Source: Cladosporium halotolerans (Eukaryota). From it: DNA of 62,076 nucleotides. This document shows positions 32,381 to 43,460 of this stretch, one piece after another. The stretch is from NCBI RefSeq assembly GCF_011745625.1, contig NW_027191480.1, positions 248,001 to 310,076 on the forward strand, given 5' to 3'. Below the pieces are notes generated by a model. It was given only the letters and a program-made list of their open reading frames with translations. It had not been told where the DNA came from and searched no databases. The position numbers were made by a program, and so were the translations under genes. How positions within the stretch are numbered: the stretch's first letter is position 1; each line of letters opens with the position of its first letter.

Positions 32381-35300
32381 TCAGCGGCCGAGTGTCCAAC
32401 CAAGCACATTCAACCTCTTCAGCGGCCTATCATGCTGCCCGTTGCCGTATCCAACCGTTTTCCAAGCTTCGACAAACTCGGCAAAAACATCTGTGTGATG
32501 GCCTGGCTGACTTTGATCAACCACCTCGCATGGAATTGGGCGCTCGGGAAGGTCTGTGGCTCTACCCAAAGGCGGAACATTCGGTGGTGAGGTTTGTGCG
32601 CCGTCTGTCGTCTCATGACGTGGCTCGGGATTTGAGGAAACTAACCTACGCCGAACATCTTCGATAATGTCCTCAAAGGTGTTCTGCAAAACGTCGTCCG
32701 CAGGGTATTTTTTGCGGTACTGTACCCAGATCGAAGAGGTGGACGACGATTTCATGTTGTCTGACAAGAGGTTTTGCTCCAGCCTAGGTATTCTTGGTCA
32801 GCCTCGTGGTACGCTGGCTTGTATGTTGAAGTCTCCGAATGAGAGGAGACCTTTTTCTTGAGCGCTTTTCATATCATCCATAGCAAGCGCGGGAAACCGA
32901 CACGCTCCCGGCATCTCCGGGACATGATCATAAGTGATGTCGTCTACCCAGGTGCGAATCTTCGGTCCGACTCACCAGTATCTGCGTTGAGCATCCCGAA
33001 AATAGTTTCTCCTCTCCTCTCTATATCCCCCGCTCGCGCTCGCACTCACTCGCCGCGAGACGGACAGTTCAACCTCACCCAATGGTGCAACAGCTCCAGG
33101 GTATCTCTGCGCTAGCGTCTCTTGTCTGTCGGGAGAAGAGCTCTCGCTTCTTGCTCTGGACGTTGGAGGGCGATTGTGATCACCCGTAGCACGCAGCTTC
33201 GGCTCTGGCTCTGTGGCCTCCTTTGGGCAGTCAGGAATGTCCGCTATAGAGCGTACAGGGGCCTTGGGCCTTGTGGGAGTGCCCGCAGGAAGGGACGCAC
33301 TCGAGGAAGGCAGTGATTTTACACTAGATCCTGGCAGCCGGTCCCTTATTACAGGTGCTTGTTGGGTTGCAGGTTGAATGGGACCGCGCGTATTGTCTGC
33401 TGTATACTGCGAGCTTGCAGACCTCGCAGACGCCGACGGTGGCCGGCGGGAGGGCGGAGGAAACGTTGGATGAGACGGCCTCCTTTGCAGACCCGCGCCC
33501 GTTGCCGTAGTGGATCTCGCTGCTGGCGAAGAAACCGCCAGACTGCTTTGCCCAGGTCCAAGTGCCTGGGGTCTAGCCGAGACTTGAGAACTTGCATGGG
33601 AAATCGGTGCTGATCCAAGTCCGCTATTACTACGATTCTTCGTTGCCTGTGTCGCGGTTATTGTTTGCTCGGACGCCTTATTGCTGGTTGATGTAACGCT
33701 TGGCGAAGACGTGGCAGCCTTACTATTATTCAAAATTGTTGGTGTATCCGACTGTTGAGTCCGATTTAGCGAATTTTGTTTTTGCGTAACAGGTCTGTCG
33801 ACGCCTGGCCCAGGTCTTGAGTCGATTTCCATCGCATTGTCAAGTGTCTGGCTTTGCCCGACCTGTTGGCTCGACACCCATTTCTCGGGTGGATTCTGGC
33901 GCTCGGTATGTGGGGACGGTCGCAATGCACTGCTGTCTGGAGGCAGCATTTGCCTTTGGGGTGGGCTCGAGGACCATGGCAAAGAACCTTCCTCTTCTGA
34001 ATCTGAGCTATTGCTCGCCTCGTTTTCTGACTCCTCCGCAGGCATTGTCTCATCATTCGCTGGCATCTCCTCGACACTCTTGACCGGCGACTGTGACGGA
34101 GCCGTCGGAAGAGGCGAAGGTGCTGCCGAGGATTTTGCACGAGCCATCGCCTTCTCACACCACATCTTCGGCAGGTGATTTGGAACATTCGGGTGCGGAA
34201 ATGGTTGGTCCCCGACAGACGGGATCCAGGTAGCAGGACCGTCGACAAGAGCCCGTTGATCTTTGGGAATTCTGTAGCGCCTACGCTGGATTGGCATTGA
34301 GGGCTGGTCCGTGGAAGGAATTGGGCTCCCTTTTCTTTTTGCTGGTGTCTCGGAGATGATCTCGGTGGGCATCACCTGCGCCGAAATAGGAGCAGAGGGC
34401 TCAGGCGTCGGCTGTCTCTGCGCCTGGCCGGGTAGTTTCGACATCACGTCGAGAAGAAGGTTACTTTTTGAGTTGCCAACTGGCGGGTATTTAGGTTGGC
34501 CCTGCAAGGTCGGTGCTTGAGGTCCGGTGAGGTTGTCGCCACGGGTAGGTTCAATGCCCTCACGACTTATAGAAAGGCCGCCTCTGCTTCTTCGAACAGG
34601 GTTCCTGGGTTGTGCCGGAAGCTGTGTCTGCAACGTTGCGGTGGGAAGCTGGCTTTCCGCCTGGAAGCTGGGAGACTTTTTTGGGTCAGGCGAATAGCGA
34701 ATGGGTGACCGAGGCGGGGCTGCGGGCACGGGAGTCGCTGTCACGAAAGGTGCCCTTGTTTGGTCCGCAGACGTGGCGTCATCTTGCGGCTCTTGCTTGA
34801 CTGACACCTGATCACTTTGATCGCTGCCGTCATCATCATCTTCCACAGCACCAACACCTGCGGCCTGATTTTCATATTCCACGGACCGGAGCCGGCCAAC
34901 GACCTTAATCAGATCTTTGATTGCATCTCGCTGGACTATCGGCGTGGCTTGTCCGATAGGTCTGCGACTGTTTTCACCATTGAATTCGAGGTCATCGATG
35001 CGAAGCCAAACCCTTCGATTTTCGGGTCCGATATGTTGGCCAACGATTGTGAGCTTTCTGCACACGATCATGTCACCTTTCATGGGATCTTCACCCTCCA
35101 AGCCTCGTTCATACGAAGCCCAGGCGGTCTCACTCAGGTTGGCTTGTACTGAAGTTTCCCCATCGGAGACGTTGGTCGACGATCTGCCATCGGAGCTGGC
35201 AGTCTGTGATACGGGTCAGCATCAAATCAGGTACGAATAGTGGCTGTGTAAGCATACCTCGAGGAACTGCAGCTTTGACTCCGAGTTAAGCAGAGGAGAA

Positions 35301-35458
35301 GTTACAACACTTCGCAGGTTGCTCCCGTTGTCGCTAAAGCGAGAGGACACAAGGGCGCCTGCATCTGGTTCTGCCTTGATAAATTTTTTCCAGGCAATGA
35401 CATTGTCCAGCTCAGCCTCAATGAGGCGACCAAGCCAAGGTCCGATTTGTGGCGCCAT
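32381..35458 (-). CDS. Shelterin TPP1/Tpz1/Est3-like OB-fold telomere protein, 943 aa. Exons 35458-35258, 35203-32976, 32783-32381
   Basis: N-terminal PWL and VSDGETSVQANLS resemble the TPP1/Est3 OB-fold. A long S/P-rich linker follows. Introns 35204-35257 (GTATGC..GCTGAC..CAG) and 32784-32975 (GTGAGT..GCTGAC..TAG) join three ORFs in frame (2832 nt). Confidence 0.72.
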
Positions 35459-36084
35459 ATCGGGCAGACTGAGGACCCAAGAAGATCATCACTGGTATGT
35501 GGCAATTGCAGTGAGCTTCCGAAGCAGCAGCTTGGCAGCAGTGTGTCCAGCTCTGATGAATTGTGTCGCTTGATGATTGTGGCAATGATGCGTTCTAACC
35601 TAACACGTGCAGTCTTGAGATGGTGGCTGTCTCATCAATGCGCGTGAGCCGCAACATCAATGTGGTGGCAGACGATGATGTTCAGGTATACAGCAAAGCT
35701 CCAATGGCGGGAGTTGATGATCAACGCGCTCAAGTTCGCGCGAGCGCGTGTTTCAGGCAGCAACTGCAGGGTCAGGAGTCCACGCGCGGAACACATGCCG
35801 CAACGCCGCGTCCCGAGCCACAGCGAAGCTGCAGGAGCTCCGCACGTCATCCCGGCGGCCTGGCCCAGCGGCTCTCGTGCATGCATGTGCTGTGGGTATG
35901 CGTGCCGGCGCGACTCACTTCCTCGTGATAACTTGTAAGATGCAGCAAGTGACGCGACGGCCACAATTTGAGATGTTTGACGACAGCTACTGTGCCCGAG
36001 GCAGCTGAACCACACCCCCAAACGCGACTGAACATGACACCTCGCTATGCCAGATCGTAGCGTGATCGATCTACACCTTCGAAG

Positions 36085-39000
36085 ATGGCCCCAGAACCAC
36101 CTTCGCCCTCAGCGTCATCCGTACTCTTACCTCTGATAGGTGGCGCGAGGTCGCGAAGAGGTTCCCTGGCTTCGATTACCTCGCGCAAGGACATCGACAA
36201 GGATGCGCTTTCGCAAGCGCTGGACAACATACACACCTCTGCTTCGAGGTCTGAGACCCTGACCTCATTTCACGACTTCGATGGCGGAGCAGGTAGTGGA
36301 AGAGCGGGGACGAAGGAGCTTGTGAGCAGTGGCATGAGCGGGTTGTATAACAGGTTGCGGCAAAGCGTTGGAGTAGCTGGATCACCAAAGGATGGAAAAT
36401 CCAGGCCCGGAAGCTCAACGTCGAGCTTCACGAAGAGAAGCAACTCTATGCATAGCGCGTCAACGGCTCCGTCGAAATCGGTTTCGGCAAAGCCCTCCGA
36501 ATCCGCGTCGACATTGAACACCTCGAACCTGCCTTCGTCGCCCTTGGTGGCGAGTTACACGAGCAATGGAGACAGGAGCAGCGGCCAAGTCAGCAATGTA
36601 AAGCCCGATGTGCTTGAGACAGGGTCGGTAAAAACAGATACACAAAGTATTCGGGAAGCATCTGGCGTATCCACCAAGGACCATATTTCACAGCCGAGCT
36701 CTCATCGGAATTCGCTAGACGTTCCTTCGCAGGCCGAGATCGATCGAGCACGTAGCGCGCTGCGCGATGAGGACTACAGCGAAAGTGCGACTGAAGCACT
36801 CGTGAGGGTACTTTCTAACCATGAGATACAAATTCCCGACCGAACAAGATCGTCGCTCAGCCGTCAACTTGACGACGACGTTGAGCAAGCTGTGATTGAC
36901 GACGACGAGGGCATCGAGACACCACCCATCCAGTCCAGCGTCTCGTCTCCGACTGTCAATGCGTCACAGAGAGCGAAGTCGGTCGGACCTTCAGAAAACG
37001 GACATGAGCCTCGTCCTGTCGAGCGTAGACCGCCGATGGTACGAGTTGGTGTGTCCCATCTCCCTGGCTTTGATCCCTCACGGTCCGGCTCCCCTCTGCC
37101 GCAAGAACCTCTGTCTTCGAGCAGCTCCCAAATGGGACCACGCACCCCAGGTCTGGACCCGTCTCCGAATTTCAATAGCGGGCTTCAACGGAAAAGAACA
37201 GGCTTGAAGCCTCAGCCAGCTCCCGTACCTGCTGTTCATCCGGTACCCTCACACTTCAGAAGGCGTGTCATTAGCAAAGAATTCTGGATGAAAGACGAAA
37301 ACGCTAAAGACTGTTTCAACTGTGGACAAAGCTTCTCAACCTTCAGACGCAAGCACCACTGCAGGACCTGTGGACAAATCTTCGATGCTAGATGCACTTC
37401 GTTAGTGTCGGCGCGGCCCTTCGGACAGCCTGGAACACTTCGTTTGTGCAAGCCTTGCGAAGAGATCATCTTGGGGAGCAACGATGACGACTCTTCGGTG
37501 TACTCGGAGGATGGTGCCGAATCTATCAGGACACCACATGTCAGACGACCTACCCCGGAACATATTCAAATACAGCTCCCAAAAACGATTCAGGATTTTT
37601 CAAATAGCCTTCCGAGCGCAGGAGAAGTCATGACACCTTTCATAGGCATCCCCGCGTCCCGTCGCAATAGGGAAGCGAAACGGAGATCTGCGGTCATAGA
37701 ATTCGATGCAGGACCGGCAATCGCAAGACCAAGCTCTTCGCGTTCGCTAGTGTCTTTAAGCTCGAGACCTCGCTCATCCAGCCACAAACGGCACCAATCG
37801 CGCCAATCATTCCCACGAGGTTTGGGTGATAGGGCGCCTTTCCACCAGGAAGCTCAAGCCGAGCCTGAAGCAAAGCCAGCATTGCCCGCGTTTCACAATG
37901 ATAATATCATCGATCCTGACCTTGCCGCGTTTCTGTCAGACGAGGGATCGGATGATGAAGAGCCTCAAAGCATTTTCTCTACAATCTCTCCTGAAGGACC
38001 GATTGCATCACCAGGTGACCGTGACCGGCTCGGTGTTGGCAGCCTGCTTTCTTCTGCGATGAAGAAGGGTCGATCGAGGCTGGGCGACCGCGCCACACTC
38101 GCGTCCAGCGTCAGGGGCGTCAAGGAAGACGACGCAGCGAGCATGACAAACAAGCATTATCCGAAAATGTTAAGAAAGCGAAACCCGAGCGTCAATAGCA
38201 TGTCTATGGTTAGGCCTTCGCCGCGCCGAAGTCGGAGCAACATTTTGTTGAAGACGGCGGAAACTGAGGCAATGGACCAGAGGCCTACTACGCCCTTTGT
38301 ATTTCCCCGCCCTACTGGCTCAAAGTTGATACGTAGCTCAGCGATGCGTGGCGCCGACGCACCGCCTGTCGAGCTGAACCGTGCAAGTCTGGATCACGTC
38401 CGCAAGTTGCTGAGCCAGCTACTGGGAGACGCAGCGATAGACAATGCTCAAGCTTGGGAGAAGGCCCTGGTCCCAATTCTACTCCAGTGTACGGACGATG
38501 TAGAGCCAGACGTTCAGCGCGGTGATGACATGGACATTCGTCATTACATCAAGTTGAAGAAGATACCTGGGGGCAAGCCGGGCGACACCAGCTATGTTTC
38601 AGGCATCGTCTTCAGCAAAAATGTTGCTCTCAAAAGCATGGCGAGATCAATCATTCAGCCTCGCATCGCCATTGTTACATTCGCTATCGAGTACGCCAGG
38701 CACCAGACCCATTTCATGAGTCTCGATCCAGTCATTGCTCAGGAGCGCGAGTATCTTCGCAACCTTGTGGGGCGAATTGCAGCTTTGCAGCCACATGTCC
38801 TTCTTGTTCAACGGAATGTCTCAGGAGTGGCCTTGCGCCTGCTGGAAGAAGCCGGTATCACCGTGGCCTTCAACATCAAAGAGTCCGTGCTCGCGGCAGT
38901 GGCGCGAGTCACGCAGACTACAATGATCAAGTCCGTCGATAAGCTGGCTATCGATTCCTCACACCTCGGCCAATGCAGCAGCTTCGATGTGAAGACCTAT

Positions 39001-42000
39001 GTGCATCAAGGCCATCGGAAGACGTACATTGTATTGTCTGGCTGTCTGCCTGACCTTGGTTGCACCATCGTTCTGCGCGGTGCTGACACCAAACAATTGC
39101 GCACGATCAAGAGAATCACCGAGTTCATGTGTTACGTCGTCTACAACCTCAAGCTTGAGACAAACCTCATGCGGGATGAGTTTGTTTCCATGCCTGCAAC
39201 AAGACCCGACCCGGTGTCAGCTTATGGCGGCTCGAAAGGCAACTTCAATAATGGTGAACAAGGCCCGTCTGATACCGAGGACGGTGTACCCTCCAAGTAT
39301 GGCAGGGTGGAGGACGAGACGCGCCGAAGGATCCTCTCTGCCTCGCCTTTCGTCGTTTTCATGCAGCCACACATGCTTACGCAGCTCCGAGACCAGGAGA
39401 CGAAACTGGCGACCTTCAAGCGGCTCCGCGATCAGTACGCGGCCGCCGACGTGGAAGGCGACGATGGCGAGCAAGAGGATGTCAAGGATCGATTCGAGCT
39501 CGTCAGGCCTGAGATGGTGCACGCTCCAGCATCCAAGGATCAGCCCAAAGCCGTTCGCGAGTACCTACACGCTGTACACAGCGCCCAATTTGAGCGCACC
39601 ATGGCGTCATACGACAGTCAGAGAAAGCTCTGGGAATCCTTCGTTGCTACTAACGTCGATCCTTTCGATCCTTACTCACATCAGACCATTGTAGTCTTGC
39701 ACTCGACTGTGTCAAGCATCACATCTGCACCCTGCGTCGGGCCGGAGGTGCTTGGAATCGGATTTTACGCTGGATACAATCACGTCGAACCACAATTTGA
39801 GGAAGACTGCACCCTCGGTCAATACATCGAAGACCTCTGCCTGAGTGCGGGTAGCACCTGCCGCGAGTGCACTCGCAGAATGTACGACCACCATAGGCAG
39901 TACGTTCACGGCTATGGGCAGATGACCATCTCCGTGCAAAGACAGCCGACCCGGGTACGAGGACTTAGCAACACGATCTTGATGTGGGCTCACTGTCGCG
40001 TTTGTCGCGCCGAGACTACTGTCATTCCCATGTCTGACAACACCTGGAAGTACTCCTTCGCAAAGTATCTGGAACTCACTTTCTGGAGCTCTCATCTACA
40101 CCCTCGAGCAGGTGTATGTGAGCATGATATTCATAAGGACTTCCTTCGCTGCTTCGGCTTCCAAGACCTGGTCGTACGAGTACAGTATGACCCGGTCGAG
40201 ATTTACGACATTGTCGTGCCGAAACCAAATATCACGTGGAAGGTCGAGGCAGATCTCACCGTCAAGAATGAGCAGTACTCTCACATTGTTGGCCGTCTGA
40301 CCGCATTCATCGATTCAGTCAAGAAGCGATTGAGTTCCATCAACGTCGATACATTGGACGAGAAACAAATGACAGAGGCGCAAGAGATGATTGAGGTCCT
40401 GCGCCAGCGAGCCGAAGACGATAGGTCGGAATTACTCACAAAACTCCGAACCAAGTACGGCCAGTCAAGATACTACGAAATTGTTCCGTTGAACCGCGCA
40501 TTCCGCTTTATGGATGAGAAGGCTCTGGCGTGGGACGAAGCTTTCAACAACTTTGAGCGAGACTACTTCCCCTCCGAAACAGACATCCGCAAGCTGGCTG
40601 CGGCTCAGTTGAAGGAGATGTTTTACGGTGCCCATTCAACGCCGGAGGACATACCAACGGATGCCAGCGAGGTCGAGGGGGGCACAGAAATGGGACCCAT
40701 GCCACAGAAGTCCATCGGGCAGCGCATTGCCGACGAGGAGTTGACTTCGGAGAAGGCTCATGATGTGCTCACCACTGTTGCTCAAGAGCATCGGGCATCC
40801 CGGGATGAAGACAGCCACGAGCATGTCGTCCCACCAGATGCCGCTGGGACTCTTGGTGCTAATTTGACTAAAACGATCTCACCAAGAGAGGACCAAGAGC
40901 AGGCGGCGGAGCGTGAGGAGGTGAAACATCTCGATCTTGCAATTGCTGCCCGATCCCCTGAGGATAGCCGCTTCCTCGAGGACGGCATCGACATGGGCAG
41001 CTCTCCTGAACAAACCAGCAAGCCGGCCATCGCGGATGGGTCCCCAGATGAGCCTTTCGCCACACAGCCAAAACCGCTGAGCTCTGGCTTACTGCAACGA
41101 ATTGAGCAAATACGGAACAACCGGGCGGCAGGGATCGAGGAGCCAGAGTTGCCCGAGTCCAAGATCCCACGGCCTGCCGTGAAGGTCCGTGATGCGAGCC
41201 CTCGCCCCTCTCCACCTCCGCTCCATCGCTCTCAGACGCAGCCCTCTCACGTTCCTCGCCGTAGTGCGGACCTGAAACTTGAGGGCATCGATGCCAGCGG
41301 CAGCCCGCATTCGCAGACATTGGAGCCTCCAGTTCCGGAACGACCTCGCATGGGGGAGAGACTCAGTCAGCTATCAAACAAGATGGGCAAATCTCTCATT
41401 CCCAGGTCAATTCCGGCCAAAGCTGAGAACGGAACGCCGAGCAGTGTTTCTGCTTTGGCCAAACACTTTGAGCAGATGTCGCGCGAGTTCGAGAAAGAGC
41501 GTTTGAGGGAGCGCCGGCAGAGAGCTGCGAAGAGCAGGCAAGCTCGAGCTAACCCCTTGGGAAGCAGTAGGCCTGTCGTCGAGGTCTACCGTAATGCAAC
41601 CGACGCTGTAGGCGAAAAGACCCCAGAGCACCTCAGCGTCGGTGGGACTGCCTCGCCAACTCCTCAACAATCGGTCTCCCGCGTCGATCAAGCACCTGGC
41701 CAGCAGCTAAGCGATTCCGCCGAGTCGATGCTACAAGACCAGGCTAGAAGCTCCATGGAAAGCAGCCCAGTACCCAAAGCGCATGAAGCATCTCAGGGCA
41801 CGTCTGATGTAGAAGAGACGGAGGGAGAGGCAAGCGACACTGACACCATGCCAACAACGACCAGACCTCGGGACGACTCCGATCCTTTGTCGCATATGTC
41901 CTCGACGACTCACATCTCCCCATCTGCCCAAGATCTCGAGCTACACCCTGAGCTTTCGATTCCGGAACACAAGAAGAACGTGTGGTTCAAGATGCTTGCA

Positions 42001-43233
42001 GATTTCTGGTCCAAGCGTTCTGCGTCCGGTTGGTCGAACCTCGAATACCCGTTGCACAATACTGAGCACGTCTTCGAGGACTCGGATATCATTGTGCGGG
42101 AAGACGAGCCTTCTAGTGTCGTCGCCATCTCTCTTTCGTCCTCCGATTACCTGAAGAAGCTAGAGGAGTTCCGCAACAACCCGAAGATGAACCCGCGTTC
42201 GCGCCACCGCCACACTACTTCCACGGCCAGCACAAGCTTCACAGAAGACGGCGAGCTCACCAATGCTGTCGAAGCCTCATTGCTCAGCGACACTGGCACG
42301 CATATGAAATATTCGTTCGCGCACGGCTCGGTGAAAGCGTCATGCAAAATCTTCTATGCCGAGTCGTTTGACGCGCTGCGCCGACGGTGCGGTGTCGCTG
42401 ATCGCTTTGTCGAGTCAATGTCACGATGCCTGAAGTTTGACTCGAAAGGCGGCAAGACCAAGTCGATCTTCCTGAAAACGCTCGATAACCGATTTATCAT
42501 CAAGTCTCTGCAAGAAGTCGAGCTGAAAGCTTTCACCAAGTTTGCGCCGGACTACTTCAACTTCATGTCTCATACCCTCTTCCACGGTGTGCCCTCGGTC
42601 ATCGCAAAAATGTTCGGCTTGTTCCAAGTCATCATTAAGAACCCCGTCACTGGCATGGACTTCAGCTACTACCTCCTAGTTATGGAGAACCTGTTCTACG
42701 ACCACAACCCGAACCGCCGCTTCGATCTCAAAGGCAGCATGCGCAACCGCAAGATCGAGCCAACAGGCCAATCCGATGAAGTCTTGCTTGACGAGAACTT
42801 GGTCGAAACGATTTTCGAATCCCCGCTCTTCGTGCGCGAGCATCACCGCAAACTGCTGCAAGCCAGCGTCTGGAACGACACGCTCTGGCTCTGCAAGCAG
42901 AACGTCATGGACTACAGCTTGATGGCCGGCTTCGACGACGACGCCAAGCAACTCGTCGTCGGCATCATTGACTGTATCCGCACTTACACTTGGGACAAGA
43001 AGCTCGAGAGCTGGATCAAGGATCGCGGCAAGAACAAGCCGACTATCACTAGTCCCAAGGACTACCGCAATCGGTTCAGGGTTAGTATGATGCAGTATGT
43101 GCTGCAGGCGCCGAACTGCTGGCATCAGTTCCAGGCGCAAATGGCGCCGCCAAAGACGCTGAGGGAGCGCGAGGATTATTTCGGCACGGATGGAGTGGAG
43201 GCGGAGGACGGCGGGAGAAGGAGCGAGGGCTAG
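36085..43233 (+). CDS. FAB1: 1-phosphatidylinositol-3-phosphate 5-kinase Fab1/PIKfyve (2382 aa, intronless)
   Basis: FYVE finger (FWMKD..CFNC..FRRKHHCRTCGQIF), CCT/chaperonin-like domain (IKLKKIPGG), Cys-rich region, and PIP kinase domain (GGKTKSIF.KT.D.RFIIK; FDLKGS; MDYSL; GIIDCIRTYTWDKKLE). Confidence 0.98.
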   Translation: MAPEPPSPSASSVLLPLIGGARSRRGSLASITSRKDIDKDALSQALDNIHTSASRSETLTSFHDFDGGAGSGRAGTKELVSSGMSGLYNRLRQSVGVAGSPKDGKSRPGSSTSSFTKRSNSMHSASTAPSKSVSAKPSESASTLNTSNLPSSPLVASYTSNGDRSSGQVSNVKPDVLETGSVKTDTQSIREASGVSTKDHISQPSSHRNSLDVPSQAEIDRARSALRDEDYSESATEALVRVLSNHEIQIPDRTRSSLSRQLDDDVEQAVIDDDEGIETPPIQSSVSSPTVNASQRAKSVGPSENGHEPRPVERRPPMVRVGVSHLPGFDPSRSGSPLPQEPLSSSSSQMGPRTPGLDPSPNFNSGLQRKRTGLKPQPAPVPAVHPVPSHFRRRVISKEFWMKDENAKDCFNCGQSFSTFRRKHHCRTCGQIFDARCTSLVSARPFGQPGTLRLCKPCEEIILGSNDDDSSVYSEDGAESIRTPHVRRPTPEHIQIQLPKTIQDFSNSLPSAGEVMTPFIGIPASRRNREAKRRSAVIEFDAGPAIARPSSSRSLVSLSSRPRSSSHKRHQSRQSFPRGLGDRAPFHQEAQAEPEAKPALPAFHNDNIIDPDLAAFLSDEGSDDEEPQSIFSTISPEGPIASPGDRDRLGVGSLLSSAMKKGRSRLGDRATLASSVRGVKEDDAASMTNKHYPKMLRKRNPSVNSMSMVRPSPRRSRSNILLKTAETEAMDQRPTTPFVFPRPTGSKLIRSSAMRGADAPPVELNRASLDHVRKLLSQLLGDAAIDNAQAWEKALVPILLQCTDDVEPDVQRGDDMDIRHYIKLKKIPGGKPGDTSYVSGIVFSKNVALKSMARSIIQPRIAIVTFAIEYARHQTHFMSLDPVIAQEREYLRNLVGRIAALQPHVLLVQRNVSGVALRLLEEAGITVAFNIKESVLAAVARVTQTTMIKSVDKLAIDSSHLGQCSSFDVKTYVHQGHRKTYIVLSGCLPDLGCTIVLRGADTKQLRTIKRITEFMCYVVYNLKLETNLMRDEFVSMPATRPDPVSAYGGSKGNFNNGEQGPSDTEDGVPSKYGRVEDETRRRILSASPFVVFMQPHMLTQLRDQETKLATFKRLRDQYAAADVEGDDGEQEDVKDRFELVRPEMVHAPASKDQPKAVREYLHAVHSAQFERTMASYDSQRKLWESFVATNVDPFDPYSHQTIVVLHSTVSSITSAPCVGPEVLGIGFYAGYNHVEPQFEEDCTLGQYIEDLCLSAGSTCRECTRRMYDHHRQYVHGYGQMTISVQRQPTRVRGLSNTILMWAHCRVCRAETTVIPMSDNTWKYSFAKYLELTFWSSHLHPRAGVCEHDIHKDFLRCFGFQDLVVRVQYDPVEIYDIVVPKPNITWKVEADLTVKNEQYSHIVGRLTAFIDSVKKRLSSINVDTLDEKQMTEAQEMIEVLRQRAEDDRSELLTKLRTKYGQSRYYEIVPLNRAFRFMDEKALAWDEAFNNFERDYFPSETDIRKLAAAQLKEMFYGAHSTPEDIPTDASEVEGGTEMGPMPQKSIGQRIADEELTSEKAHDVLTTVAQEHRASRDEDSHEHVVPPDAAGTLGANLTKTISPREDQEQAAEREEVKHLDLAIAARSPEDSRFLEDGIDMGSSPEQTSKPAIADGSPDEPFATQPKPLSSGLLQRIEQIRNNRAAGIEEPELPESKIPRPAVKVRDASPRPSPPPLHRSQTQPSHVPRRSADLKLEGIDASGSPHSQTLEPPVPERPRMGERLSQLSNKMGKSLIPRSIPAKAENGTPSSVSALAKHFEQMSREFEKERLRERRQRAAKSRQARANPLGSSRPVVEVYRNATDAVGEKTPEHLSVGGTASPTPQQSVSRVDQAPGQQLSDSAESMLQDQARSSMESSPVPKAHEASQGTSDVEETEGEASDTDTMPTTTRPRDDSDPLSHMSSTTHISPSAQDLELHPELSIPEHKKNVWFKMLADFWSKRSASGWSNLEYPLHNTEHVFEDSDIIVREDEPSSVVAISLSSSDYLKKLEEFRNNPKMNPRSRHRHTTSTASTSFTEDGELTNAVEASLLSDTGTHMKYSFAHGSVKASCKIFYAESFDALRRRCGVADRFVESMSRCLKFDSKGGKTKSIFLKTLDNRFIIKSLQEVELKAFTKFAPDYFNFMSHTLFHGVPSVIAKMFGLFQVIIKNPVTGMDFSYYLLVMENLFYDHNPNRRFDLKGSMRNRKIEPTGQSDEVLLDENLVETIFESPLFVREHHRKLLQASVWNDTLWLCKQNVMDYSLMAGFDDDAKQLVVGIIDCIRTYTWDKKLESWIKDRGKNKPTITSPKDYRNRFRVSMMQYVLQAPNCWHQFQAQMAPPKTLREREDYFGTDGVEAEDGGRRSEG

Positions 43234-43346
43234 AGATGTATCGAGAAGAGAAGGGTTCTCCTGGTTTTTCGTCCATGCCACGATGATGATGGACTACGAG
43301 TGACGACCAAAAGAAAGTGGCATAGCGTGGGCGTCTTGACAGTTAA

Positions 43347-43370
43347 TTTTTTTTTTCTTTTTACTTATTT
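43347..43370. terminator. T-rich tract between the convergent FAB1 and NBS1 genes; likely 3'-end/polyadenylation region
   Basis: T10 run plus adjacent T-rich sequence in a 227-bp convergent intergenic gap. Confidence 0.4.
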
Positions 43371-43460
43371 ACTTCGATTCTGCATTTGTCGAGCTAAAGA
43401 GCCTCTGTGGGTATAGAACGTCTGACACGTTTGTGCAAGCCAGGCATCAGACCGAAAACT

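Noticed and set aside
32795..32890. Box C/D snoRNA in the TPP1-like intron (TGGATGA ... CTGA)
   Set aside because: The C box is imperfect, the only CTGA coincides with the branch site, and I recognised no rRNA guide.
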